The notes under the pieces: generated by a model
Databases searched by the model: none
Told to the model about the DNA's origin: nothing
Seen by the model: the letters and a program-made list of their open reading frames with translations, nothing else
Shown here: in pieces, positions 38,290-51,082 of the stretch
How positions within the stretch are numbered: the first letter of the stretch is position 1
How the letters are laid out: the number at the start of each line of letters is the position of its first letter
Program-made: the position numbers and the translations under genes
Assembly (NCBI GenBank): GCA_951406725.2
Contig: OX597823.1
Location: 38,398,001-38,460,000 of the forward strand
Origin: Octopus vulgaris
Lineage: Eukaryota
Reading direction: 5' to 3'
DNA: 62,000 nt

Positions 38290-38550
38290 TGTATTTATAT
38301 TTGTGTGATATTGTCTGTTTTTTTCTGTCCTTGTTTTTGTATATATTCGCTGCTTTCTTCCAAGGAATCTAATGCTCTTGGCTTAGTTTTTCCTTGGGGC
38401 TGGCAAGACTGGAGCAATCTCAAGAATAATCAGCTGAAATTGCGAGGATAATCTGGTGCTTGACTGAGGAGTGACCCGTCCTTGTTTTCTTTGTATCGTC
38501 TATCTGGATGTTTTGTTGTCATTTTTTGTATCACCTAGCTGTCCGGATGT
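38290..38550 (+). repeat. monomeric copy of the repeat that forms the 9775-10340 palindrome
   Basis: GCTGCTTTCTTCCAAGGAATCTAATGCTCTTGGCTTAGTTTTTCCTTGGGGCTGG...CAGCTGAAATTGC is shared with 10125-10225. The 3' end runs into (TA)n. Confidence 0.85.
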
Positions 38551-38736
38551 TTTGCGTTATATACATATATATTTATACGTATATATATTTATATATATAT
38601 ATTTACATATATATGTATATATATGTATATATATGTATATGTATATATATGTATGTGTATATGTAATATGTGCATGTATGTCTATATGTATATATGTGTA
38701 TATATGTATATATATGAATGCATATATATATGTATG

Positions 38737-38770
<34 letters not shown>

Positions 38771-41094
38771 GCTCCAAAGCATATGAACAAAGTAATTATT
38801 ACATCAAACCTATAAAGTGCTTTTATTGTAGATGAAACTCTAGTCCACTGCATTATAAAAATTTATTATACAGAAAATGTTATATATACATTTAATGACT
38901 AATTTCTATTCCCTCTCAATTGATGTATTGAACTGAATTACTGTTAAAAAAAAAACTTTGATGGGGATACATTACATTTTATATTTGATCTGTTAAATTT
39001 ATGATATTGACTGTTATAAAATGACATTTTACACCTAATAACCTAACAAGTTTTCTTTTTAAAAATAAAGCTAATAATAGTTATTGTTAGCTGCTATGTA
39101 AAAGTAATGAAAGTGTTTTTAAATGTAGCATGGCAAAATAAAATTGTTAATAAAAATATCATGAATTTTATTTCTCCTAAATGTTTATGAATCTTTGAGA
39201 TCCGAAAGTAAATGTCTAAATTTCCATTTTTATCACCATCAACATTTTATACTGGCATTCATTTACTTCTTGGAACTTATATTGTCTTAAGTTCATTTCT
39301 ATTACAGAAATCTTTATAGATTTTATGAAGTTATTTTACATCAAGCATTTTTTTTTTATTTTACTATACCATTTGTACAGTGTTTTCTTACCTAGTTTCT
39401 ATTATTAGCAAATGTCTTATCATATCCATTTCTATACATTTGAATTAAATTTGAAACACTAATTAAAAATGATTTCATCTTAAAATTAGTGAAAAATCTT
39501 TTTTCCAATTTTTGTGGGGTGGAGTGCATGGAGTAGGAGTGGATTCGTCAAAGTATAATCAATCCCTATGTTGTTCTTGGGATGTTGTTCTTGTTACTGT
39601 ATTTTAATTGCATATTTTTTGGGCTATATAATCTCCTTTTATTTTATCTTTCAATACTTCTTTGAGGGTCTGCAAAGACTGGGAGCAGAACCACTTCTTC
39701 CAGGCTAACTCTTTAAAAATAAATAAATAAAAACCAGAAATGACTGTTCACTGTCTTGCTGCCTCTGAAGTTATAATTCTCATCTAAAGATCTTAGAAAT
39801 TACATTATTAATTTCCCCTGTATCTATAATTCAGGGATCCCTTTGATAAAATCTTGTCACAGAAGCTATTGTTGCTATAATACAATATTGTTGTTTGTAA
39901 ATCAACTTATTTCATATGTTTAATTCTCCTATATTGTAGATATAAACAAAAAATGTATACACTCTGTGAATGTCTGTTATGTTATTTGTATTGCATAAAA
40001 TTTATATTCTATCTCTCACAGGTAACAAATTAGCAGAGTTGTTAGAGCAGGGTTGTTAGAACTTTGTGGAATTTGTTCTAACTCACTGTGGTCTGAGTTC
40101 AAATCCCACCAAGGTCAACGTTGCCTCTTATTAATAAAAAAAAAATGAAACCAGGATGAGATAGACTGGTGGATCTGTGAAAATGCTTGACCAGATGACT
40201 TGTGGTTTTTGTTCCACGAGACATGTATGTGTTCTTGCAGTATTGGACTATGTGGATAGTAGGTTTACTCCATTAGTCAGTTTAACACACCACTACCTGC
40301 TACCCTTCATACCTTTAGTAGACATCTGTTTCTTTCAAGCATTTGAGTCAAGTCTCTTCCCAGCAGTCTTGGAGGCTCTGTTATAGGTCAAGGGTTCCAC
40401 CATCCTCCCTCACTATAAAATACCAACCATTATTTAGTGCTTTAACCATTTTTGTGTATTTATTTTCTTCTAATTGATTTTTCAAGAATCTTAATTTTTG
40501 TTTTTTTTTAATTTCATATTAAAATTTGCTATAACTTTAGATTTTAGGGCCAAGAAAAGAAACTTTGAAACAGCATACAGTCCTTACATAAGTTGAAAAT
40601 TTCTTACAAAATATTTTAATTTCTCTTTTGATGAGAAATTTAATATTCTTTGGGAGTTAGTTTCCTTTTCATAGATGAAATAACTATTGCTTGAAAATGA
40701 AAATGTAAGAGTTATTTTTAATTAATTCTTATATTTTAACAGTTTAAATATATTTCTCAGATGAACTGTTATTAAAATAACAAGTCAATAAAGTCAGGAG
40801 TGATAATATATATTTAGAATGAAGACATGGGTTCTGTGGTAGTGCAATGACTTAGGAAAAATCAAAGTGTTTGTTTGAAAAATCTGCTTAGAAGGATAGT
40901 ATAACTGTTAAATAATTTATAAAGCATATAAAATTGACATGATCTTGTTTCTTGTGGCCAGAAGTAGAGGTGAAATACAACTCATTGCATTATTATTTTA
41001 ATACTAACACAAAAGATTAAATTAATCATCTGATCATTTGTTACTGATCTAAAAGTAATGTAAATTATTTAAGCTGTTATGTTGTGCATGTGTG

Positions 41095-41129
<35 letters not shown>

Positions 41130-41269
41130 AACACAGTGAACTACTTGTATTTTATTTTTATTGACTTATCAAATCACTTGACATGATCACTCTGTAGTAG
41201 AAGATGATGGCTTAGCTTGTTGGTTCAAACAATCTTTCATTGTTTTATGAGTGAAATAATGACTTAGGT

Positions 41270-44200
41270 TTTCATCATCATCATTGTTATTCAGTTGAGC
41301 TTATTCAAATTTGCCCAACTCAATCATGCCACTTAATATCATGTTCCTGTAGAACATTGGGGAGATCAGCATAGCAAGAGCTCGTGTCCAAACAGAACTG
41401 GTCAATGAATGGTTTTGTTGGATACCCAACCAATGCTTATATGTCTACAAGAATAATAAATTCCTACTGAGTTCTTCAGCAATGTCATGCAAAATGTCTT
41501 TACTTTCTACAATGATATTAGTGATTTCAAGAAGACTGTCATATACAGTCTTTGCTTGGTCAGATGATTTTTCCTGGAAATATTCAGAATAATCAATACC
41601 ATGCAAATCCAGGTAAGACAAATCATGAAGCAATTTTTTGCATCCTTTTCTGTGGATGTGATATTACTGCCTAAGATAACTGTCTACCAGATTTAACTTA
41701 TGTGAACCCAACCTGTAATGCAGGAACACATGTCAGGTTGAGGCCAAACATTTGGTGTCTCACATAAGAAAAGGTACATTGCTGGTTGTTAATTAGCTGC
41801 TTTGTACACTCATGTTTATCATTGAGACATTCAGTTTGTGGTGAATCAATGTATTAGTCTCCATTATAGATGATTCAATTTTATTTGTGGTTCTCATTCA
41901 TAAGCATTGATGCTACAAAGTTTCAAATTTCCTTCAACTGTTTCCTTTGCCTTTTTCATCTGTACTTTCTTTCGTGTAGATGTGAGTAAAACAGCTATTT
42001 GAGCAACTGATAGTTCAGTATAACTTGACCAGCTCATCAAAGTTGATGTTGTGTAATCATGATTATATTGTTTGAGATATTGTGTGTTATGCCATTGAAT
42101 CTGGTATGATTTTTCTTGGCTACCTCTGGTGTTATATTTCCAGCTTGCAGATGTATTGCTTATAATTTGTTTCAGAGCTAATTAAGACATTGGGTACAAT
42201 TGCCTTAGACACCCTAAGTGTGCTTGTTTGTTTCAGATCAATGATTTTCATATACTCCTCTTCTCAGACAACCAAAGAATGCACAGGCACATTTTATCCA
42301 GTGGCATGAGTAAAACTGTTAGCAGAGGTTCATAATTTACAGAATTAACTGACTTAGTGAAAGAAAGCACTTCTCAAATGATCATGCTAATATGAAGGTT
42401 GATAGTGGAATGATTCAGCTGAGCAGTATCCTTGTTAGAATTTTTCCAGCAGTTGGAAAAAGTGAAACTCTTCTGTAGTTATAATCTCATTTGTCTTTGT
42501 CTTCCTCCTTGAAGATGGTAATAATCGTCATATCTCTGAAATCAAAAGGTATCTCTTCTTGCATTTAGATTAGCAGAAACAGTGCATGTTTTTTTTTTTT
42601 AGTGTTTCATACTCAAGTTTATATATTTCACCCAGAACCCTGTCAGACATGGGCTTCCTGTTTTTTTAATCTCTTTTTATTTCTATGGAATATGGATGGT
42701 GTTGATTTTTTGCTGTGATGTTATGGGTGCAGAAAAGCTGTTTATCATCAGTCTTTATAGCAGACCAGAGACATTTTCCTGACTGAACAGTCACAATTAA
42801 CCAAGTTGAAAATTATTTCCGTCAATTGCTGAGAGATGCTTTTACCTTTATAAGTTTTTTAAGTCTTTAAATGTGTGGATTGTCGGCCCTACTGATATGC
42901 AAGTATCATAGAGTGTTTTAATAATACTGAAGAAATCTCCCAGAAACTTTCTGGATTTTGAGATCTCTGACCTGCCACGAGTTGAGCTTCATTGCATAAG
43001 TTTGTTTCTGGACTGAAATCTTAGCTGGTAGGTTTTCCTTTTGCAGTATTCTTATAATTTTGGTAGGTATAAAAATCACTCTCTTTTTCTCCTTGATCAG
43101 TTATTTGATTTGGATATTATTTTCATGAAAACATTTTTTCTATTTTTGCTGTGAAGTCTATGGAGATACTTATCTTCAGGGTGCCTCATGTACTTTCAAC
43201 ATTATTACAATGTTCCAAGCTGATAGACAACAGTTTATCATGTAGGTGCTTCTGAAATTGCACTACTTTTGCTGTGTGAGAAAGATTTAAGTCTTGATTT
43301 TCTGATGGCATAATTTCTGCTACTTATGTCACTCTGGAGTGAGTTAAATTGCCATGTTAGATTGTATTAGGTGGTGATCTGTCCAGAATTGTCAATGCCT
43401 GTCATGACAAATGTTAGATGCACATCCTTGTAATCATAGGTCCATGCAATGACATAGTTAATCATATGCTAAGTACTTTGATCTTGGATACTGTTAGAAA
43501 CACTTGTGTATATTTGTTGAAAAAAGTGTGTAATAACTAAGTTGTACTCCTCACATCTACTTAGAAGCAGTATATTTGATAGCTTTCCTGTGGCTTCCTT
43601 TCCACTTATGTCATTCTAGAGGTTTAAATCTTTGTTGCTGAAGTCATTCACTATGATAATTTAGATTGTATCATGATATTCTGTACAGAATACTCTGTGT
43701 TACTATAAAATTCTTCTTTATCTTCTGTGTTTGCATCAAGTGTGAAGCACATTTCTACTGGTGACTGTTGCATTTGTGTTAGAGCCACCAAGCTTTAGGC
43801 AGAGAATCAGCAGTCTTTCACTGATGCCAATAGGTTGTTCATATAACCTTCCAGTCAGATCATTGTGGATTGCACAGTCTGTTCCACATGAAGTGAACAG
43901 CTATTTGAAGAGAGAACTTAAGAAGGAACAAACAGCTGTCAACCAAGAACTGATGCCATGGCCATTTCAAAGACTTGGTTAATTATAATTAAGCAACCAA
44001 AGAAAGATCTTTGGACAACATTGCATAATGACCAATGACCAATGATGTACTACCTGGCATTGTAGAAATCTCCACCCCAAAATACAATCCATTCCATAAA
44101 AGAATAAGGCACTCAAGTCTGTCTGGATTTTGGCTGAAATATATAAACTTATGCATCATCAGCTAACCTTGTCTTAGTAAGGAGCATAGTGTCAATGTTG

Positions 44201-44780
44201 AAGCATGCCAATTCTCTTGAAATAAGTATTACCCATCATTCTGGTTGAAAGCTGTTTGGCTTCTCAATAAAGATTTAAATGTTCTTAGATCCAACTCATA
44301 TTATCTATCATTTCTTTTATCTACATAAAGATGACTCTTCTGGATGTAGAAGTCCTTTTGGACAACTAGGACAGGCTGTGCTTCAGAAATTTTTTGTAAC
44401 CTCTTCCCAGTGCAAGATTAGTGGGGCAGATCACAGGAAGAAGTGTTAAGACAGTTTCAGCTGCCAAATGATAATTCTATCTTTATTTAAATGTCTGATA
44501 AACATCATTTGATTGCTACTTCCCTATTTTTTATGTTTAGGGTCTTCCACATGGTGTAATCTGTGAGCTAGTGGTTGTCATTAACAAATGACAGCTCACA
44601 GGTACACTATAGCTTCTCACTATGTTTTCTATTATATAATAGCTTCTACAGTTCTGTATACCACTACCATTGTCACCCAACTCACCTCTCTTCTTTTTGC
44701 CATCCCTCACTGTTTCAACTAGAATCCTTTGATCAATTATCTGTTTGACTGGGGCAACCCTGGGTCTAAACAACTACTTT
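41270..44780 (-). pseudogene. old, heavily decayed RTE-type LINE (EN+RT)
   Basis: (ATG)n tail at ~41275. Remnants compatible with the Q.GF, RQG and ADD RT motifs lie at ~42640-42900 on minus. The 3.5-kb block is GC-elevated and full of stops. Boundaries are approximate. Confidence 0.5.
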
Positions 44781-45079
44781 ACAATGAGTTCTGTCTGGAA
44801 AGCAAAAAGGAAACTACTTTAAGACTTGCAATAAAATAGTTCTTAAAAGTCTGAACATTGATATTTTTTATAGAAGTGGGAGACAGTAGTTGAAAACCAT
44901 ACTCTTTATTATTTTTGACTGAAGCCAAAGCTACTTAACAAATAGAGTTATATGAAAATGTAACTGCAGCAAGCTGCTTTTAAGGAGGATCACCAATACC
45001 GCCATACTTGACTTGGGAAGAAGTAGTTTCATTGCAATCATTGTCTAGACATGTTTTTGTTATTTACATCAGAATTATT

Positions 45080-45108
45080 GAGAGAGAGATTGAGAGAGAG
45101 AGAGAGAG

Positions 45109-45167
<59 letters not shown>
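45080..45167. repeat. (GA)n microsatellite
   Basis: Directly visible; smaller (GA)n runs occur at ~34620 and ~41097. Confidence 0.95.
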
Positions 45168-45173
<6 letters not shown>

Positions 45174-46434
45174 ATCACACAGTTATTCAATTTCAAATTT
45201 TTATTTATTTATTTTTCTTGTAACGTATAATTTTCAGACCTGAAACATTTCCACAGTTGAGTAAGTAGATAAAAAATGTACAAAAACAAAGCAAGAAATA
45301 ATAGCCCTTTTTTATGATTATAGCTACATGTTGTATCAACAGGGCTGAAAAGAAATGAGGTTAAATTTCATAAACTAAAAATGTACTGTAAATATAAACC
45401 CGCCATCTGATTTTAAAATTTTTTCAAATATTTAGTTGTAATTTATAGATTATTATATATATGTGAGCATGTGTGTGTGTGTATGATTAACATCCACTTT
45501 CCAAGTTAGTATGGCTTTAACTTATATGTGGCAGGATGTTATGGTTGAATACTCTTCCTTTACATGTTTTTCAAGTAAGGGATTTTTTCCTTTATTCCAT
45601 AAGCATTGAGTGGCCAGTCATAATGTCAAGAAGGAATGTAGATATCACAGTTTCACTCAGTCAGTGACTAATAAACCATGGAATATTAACATTCATGTAT
45701 GTGCTTGCACACACACACACAACACAACACATGCCATATGACTTATTTCTTATGATTTCCCATTGACTTGGGGCATTCTTGTAGTTTCCATTAGTTGCTT
45801 TGGGGTAATATTAGATGTCATTTGATCAAAGTGCTACACAGTGCAACAGAGCCTAAAACAATGTTGTCATGAAGTGAATTTGTTAACCCCCCCCTCCCAC
45901 ACACACACACATACTGAGAGAGAGGGGGAGATTGCTAAAAATATCATCTTTATTGTCTTTAGTTTCAGTGACTTTGATTTTATGCTATTTCATTGCATGA
46001 AATCACTAAATAATGTATTTTAATGTAAAATATTTATGTAGAATATTGGTTGCCATTTACGGAAAGTAAGAAAACTGCAAAAGAATGAAACAGTAGATTT
46101 TAGAAACTTCTTACTAATTAAATCATTATTACTATTCTGTGCTGTTTCTATTTTTAAATTTGAACCATTGCAAGTGACTTTATGACCCAATCAACTAGTT
46201 TTTCATTAAATTAAAAAAGGCATGTTATTATATTTTGCATGTAAAGCTGGTACTCCATGTAAAATTGGTGGAAATAAGATATTTTTTATAAGAATATGTG
46301 ACAGGATTTAATGAAAGAGGTATCAAGAGTTGATTATTGATAATAATTGATAGAGAAGATGAAAAAAGACTGAGAAATGTTCAGTTATATGTGGTTTAAA
46401 AGATTTCAGTATTTCTTTAAAACTGAGAACAAAT

Positions 46435-46760
46435 AGTAACCTGTCTAAAATCACGAGGTAGTGAGTTTAATTCTTGGAGCAGGCTGTGTGTTGTGTTCTT
46501 GAGCAAGACACTTTATTTTATGTTGCTCCAGTTCACTCAGCTGTAGAAATGAGTTGTGACATCACTAGTGCCAAGCTGTATTGGCCTTTGCCTTTCCCTT
46601 AGATAACATCAGTAGCATGGAAAGAGGAGACTGGTATGCATGAGCGACTGCTGGTCTTCCATAAACAACCTTACCCAGACGTGTACCTTTGTAGTAGCTT
46701 TTTAGGTGCAGTCCCATGGTCATTCATGACTGAAAGATGTCTACCCTTTATCCATGCCAC
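46435..46760 (+). mobile_element. decayed tRNA-derived SINE
   Basis: GAGTTTAATTCTTGG (B-box-like) followed by GTGTTCTTGAGCAAGACACTTTATTT...GCTCCAGTTCACTCAGCTGTA, as in 1535-1832. Confidence 0.7.
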
Positions 46761-47264
46761 CATAGAGAAATAGGCATAAAAACCATTCGTGTATTGATCT
46801 TATTTAAGAGCAATTGATTTGGGTATTGAAAAATACCAAACTCTTTGTCAGTTGGATCTCCTACTTGTGTGCTACTCTCTTTTCTGGATAAGTTAAGAGA
46901 TATAAACTTACAACTGTTTACCTATTTTTTTGTCATGACATATCAAACTTTTGATATTAATAAATATTTAGTGTCTCTGCAACATCTTTGTTAAATATTT
47001 CCCCAACCCTAATATTGTTGTTATCCTCAAATATCATTTATTTGCACAAGCCAATCAAAATTGTACATTGTAAGTTTACGGAGAAATGTGTAGATTAAAC
47101 ATATATTGTATTGTTTTATAAGTACTCACTGAAATGTGTCATTTTATTCCACATCTTCACCAATTTCTCTGACTCCACCTGAGCTAGCCACATTACTCCT
47201 ATTCTGCCAGACACCTTTTTCTGTCTCTCAGTACAACTCCCCCATTAATTGAGGCATCATGTCT

Positions 47265-47475
47265 TGCAAGTTACTTGGTGACGTCACTGCTATTGGTACA
47301 ACATAAAAAGCACCCAGTACACTTTTTTAAGATGTTGGCATTAGGAAGGGCATTTAGCCATAGAAATCATGCTAAAGCAAACAGCAGCGCTTGGTGCTGT
47401 CTTTTGACTTGCCAGTTCTGTCAAACTGTCCAACCCATGTCAGCATGGAATGCAAACATTAAATGATGATGATAT
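47265..47475 (+). mobile_element. SINE/RTE-tail fragment
   Basis: TAAAAAGCACCCAGTACAC...GGCATTAGGAAGGGCATTTAGC...CCAACCCATGTCAGCATGGAA...TAAATGATGATGAT. Confidence 0.7.
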
Positions 47476-47750
47476 GAAGTTGCTTGTCTTTCATTAATTG
47501 TTCAGTGTTTCCTGCTGTAGTTGAACAATTCAATAAATTCTTGTTTGGTTGAATGTCAACCCAGCAGAATCTTGGAAAATAAATTGTATAGAGTAGTTAG
47601 AATTTAACATTCTGCCCTAAGTAATGTATGAATAGTGATATTTTATACAGTTGAGTAACAAAATATAAACTCCTCAAGTCAGTGTTGTCAAGGTGTTGTT
47701 CTTAGTCAACACCACTGAAGAGCAGTGACATAGATGTTAAGCCTCTAGTT

Positions 47751-48082
47751 CAGTAGATCACAACCATTTTTTATCTATGGACTCCTTTGATTCCTATTTT
47801 ATTCTGGTGTATCTCCATAGCCATTTAATGTTTAAAAACTAGTTTTACAGATACTTCTTTCAAAATTCCTATTTTGCTGTCCACTCATTAACTTGTGTAG
47901 GTTGAACTATGTAAAATGTTTGAGAAAGAAATTTAGCTATTTATTGCAATAAATACATCTAAATCAAAATGTTTTCATGGTCTCTTAATATACTACTGTG
48001 GGTCCCCAATTTTGCCTGTGAGGACCCCCAAAAGTCTTATATGGACCCCTAGGGTCATATGGACTGTGGTTAAGAACCACTG
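47751..48082. mobile_element. hAT (Charlie-like) MITE
   Basis: Termini CAGTAGATCACAACC and GGTTAAGAACCACTG. The flanking 8-mers CTCTAGTT and CTTTAGTT match at 7/8, as expected for a hAT-sized TSD. Confidence 0.75.
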
Positions 48083-50329
48083 CTTTAGTTGGCTTTACTG
48101 GTACTAACCAGCTCATCTTTTGTGTACATACTAACTTTAGATTTGGGATTTTAAATGGATGAAAAATAACTGAGTTTGAGGTGGAAGATTAGGTTACTAA
48201 ATCAAATTACATAGAATTCCTCCTTGCTTGTTTGTGATTATGTAGATTATATTGGTGGTGACTTTACAGTTTTTTTGAGGTTTTGTGTTTGTTGTGTGTT
48301 TGATTTTATTATTTTGCATAATGAAATTTTTGTTAGTCATTTTAAAATTGTTTTCCAATATCTTATATTTGATTTATTTCGATGTCTTTAATAGCAGCCC
48401 AAAGATTATGATGTAACCTTTAATAGTAACCACCAGGTCATGATGTATCTTTTAGTGGCAACCATATCAGATCTACACTTATTTAAATAAAAGTAACTTA
48501 TCTTATCTATCAACTTCATTTGCAAATAAGGTGTTTACCTTTATTTCTTAATAAAATTCCATTTTTTTAGAATTTGACAAAATATGGGAAGTTTGCTTAG
48601 AAAATTTTTCTTTAATCCAAATTAGACTAATACCTTTATTTTTATCACTTTAATTGCAATTTTATTTTAGCATTTAATTCATTGAATAATATAAAGAAAA
48701 TTGTTTAGTATTAAACCACATTTTGTGACAATGGAATAAAAATATAGAAAATTGAAAGTAATTACTGATTGTTTTACTTCAGTTAAAAATACTAAAACTC
48801 ATTGACTTCTCACTATTTCTCTCTCTCTTTCTCTCTCTCTCTACATCCTGTAACTAATCAATAAAATTGTAATCAGTAATTTTGAACAGCAAATATGAAA
48901 TTGTAAACATCAAGGAGAAAAACAAAACAAAACAGCCATCTACAAAATTGCTGCTTTTTTCATTTCATAAATGTAATATACACATTGTCTTATAGCTTTC
49001 CAAAAAGTTTTTATCATTATATTAGCAAATAATACAATATTTGTAAAACATTTCAAGATATCCGAGTATCAGTTTCTATTACCATTAATAATTAATACAT
49101 GGATGTTTTAGCTTGAATAAATTTGATAGATCTGTTTGGAAATATTTGATTTTTTTTATCAACATATACTCACAACTGCTCTATTGTTAAAATATGTACT
49201 AATCTAGATAACAGTGACAGGTCAATTAAATTCAAAATATTATTCAGTGAAAATTATGCCATTTATGAAACTTTTCGATGTACCAGTGAATGTTTTATAA
49301 TACTATAGAAATGTAGATAAAAAATATGGCTGCTTATGTTAAAGAAATATTTTGTATATTATTTTGAAAATAACTCTTCTTTTTTGTTTTATTAATTAAA
49401 TTATTTAAATATATTATTTGTCAATTAGCATTAAATTATAAACAAATAAACTGGTCATTTTTATAAAATAAAGCAATATCATATATTAATTTTATAAATG
49501 TTTATCTTAATATTTAAAAATTAATCTTAATCATTTAGTCTCACTGAATATAAATAAGGTTTTAAGAATTTTTTTCTAAAAAAATAATCACAAATAGAAT
49601 AGCAATACTTTTGTGAGATTAGTACAGTTGATGGTTGTTACTAAACTTCTGGAGGTTAATGTCCGAGAGAAACTCATGTCCAGAGAAAGAATTTCAGAGA
49701 TTTGCCAGTCTGGGAAGGAATAATTATAAAATTGTTCAGTAGATGGTTTGAGCAATGAGACAGTATAGAGGTGGGAGTCTTGGGTGAGACTTAATGGAGT
49801 TATTTGTACACTATACTACTTTAGAGGAATTAATAAAAAAAAGAAAAACTAGATTTTAATTGAAGATAATTTCCTATTGTAATGATTATTTATGTGTTTT
49901 TCTTAAATCATAAAAGAACCACTGATAAATTACCAGTTAACTCAATATTGATATGTATGTTTACTTTCTCTTCTCACTATAAATTTAATAGTTGTTTCTT
50001 ATAAGGTGTTTGTATATTTAAAAACTAACTATAAACTTAAAGAGGGCACAGTGTGAAAGAAAAAATGCAGGTCAAATGTCTTGATAAAAAGTCTTTTATA
50101 AAATCTAGAATTTTGCTTCAGTTTCCAGTTAGGACTGCTTAATTTTGGCTTGGTAAGCTCGGAGGAGAGTATCAAAACTGTAACTTCACAAATATTTCAT
50201 ACCTCTTTAAAATGAATTATTTATTTACATTGTTGTTGTTTGTTCCTTCTTGAGCCATGCCTGGCTCATAAGGGTCAGTTTCTCGGTTTCATTGGTGTAT
50301 AGGTTCCCCAACTGGACAGGATACTGATC

Positions 50330-50500
50330 TATCACAGGTGAGCTGGTAGATGCAGGAGGAAAGATTCTATGGCTGGATGCCCTTCCTAACACCAAGCACT
50401 CTGAGAGTGTAATGGGTGCTCTTACGTGCTGCCAGCATGGGTGCCAGCTGTGTGACACTAGTATCTGCCATGGCTACAATTTCACGTGGCTTGATGGATC
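50330..50500 (-). mobile_element. SINE/RTE-tail fragment
   Basis: CTATGGCTGGATGCCCTTCCTAACACCAAGCACTCTGAGAGTGTAATGGGTGCTCTTACGTGC is the reverse of the tail at 47265-47475. Confidence 0.65.
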
Positions 50501-50711
50501 TTCCTTCTCAAGTACAGCATATTGCCAAAGGTCTCAGTCATTTGTCATTGCCTCTGTTTTTAATTTCTTTAGGTCATCAGTCCAAATTAAAAATTAATTT
50601 TTGTAGGATTTAATCAGTGTATTACCATTCATAAATCATTGACAACGACATAAAAATGCCAAATTGCAGAAATGCGATGGGTTGATATACTAAAAATCAC
50701 TATCATTGTGG

Positions 50712-50940
50712 TCTCTTAAGGTGGTGATTTGACAGAGTCATTAGCACACCAGACAAAATGCTTAGTGGAATTTTATCCATCCTTACATTCTGAGTTCAAA
50801 TTCTATTGAGGTCAGCTTTGCCTTTCATCTTTTCAATTTTGATAAAATAAGTACCATTTGAGCACTGGGGTTGATGTAGTCAACTTATCCCCTCCCTCAA
50901 AATTGTTGGCCTTGTGCCAAAATTTGAAACCAGTATTATT
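50712..50940 (+). mobile_element. SINE
   Basis: CATTCTGAGTTCAAATTC (B-box-like)...GATAAAATAAGTACCA..CACTGGGGTTGATGTA...CCAAAATTTGAAACCA. The same family occurs at 60455-60680. Confidence 0.7.
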
Positions 50941-51082
50941 GTGGTCTGTACCTAATTCCATAAATTTTAAAGTAAATGTGCAGAATTAATAGAAAAGTCA
51001 TAATTTTAATCACGAAAGCAACTGAAGGTATCAAATTGGTCGATAATATTGTTTTAGGGAAAGTTATTAAGGATGAATATTA

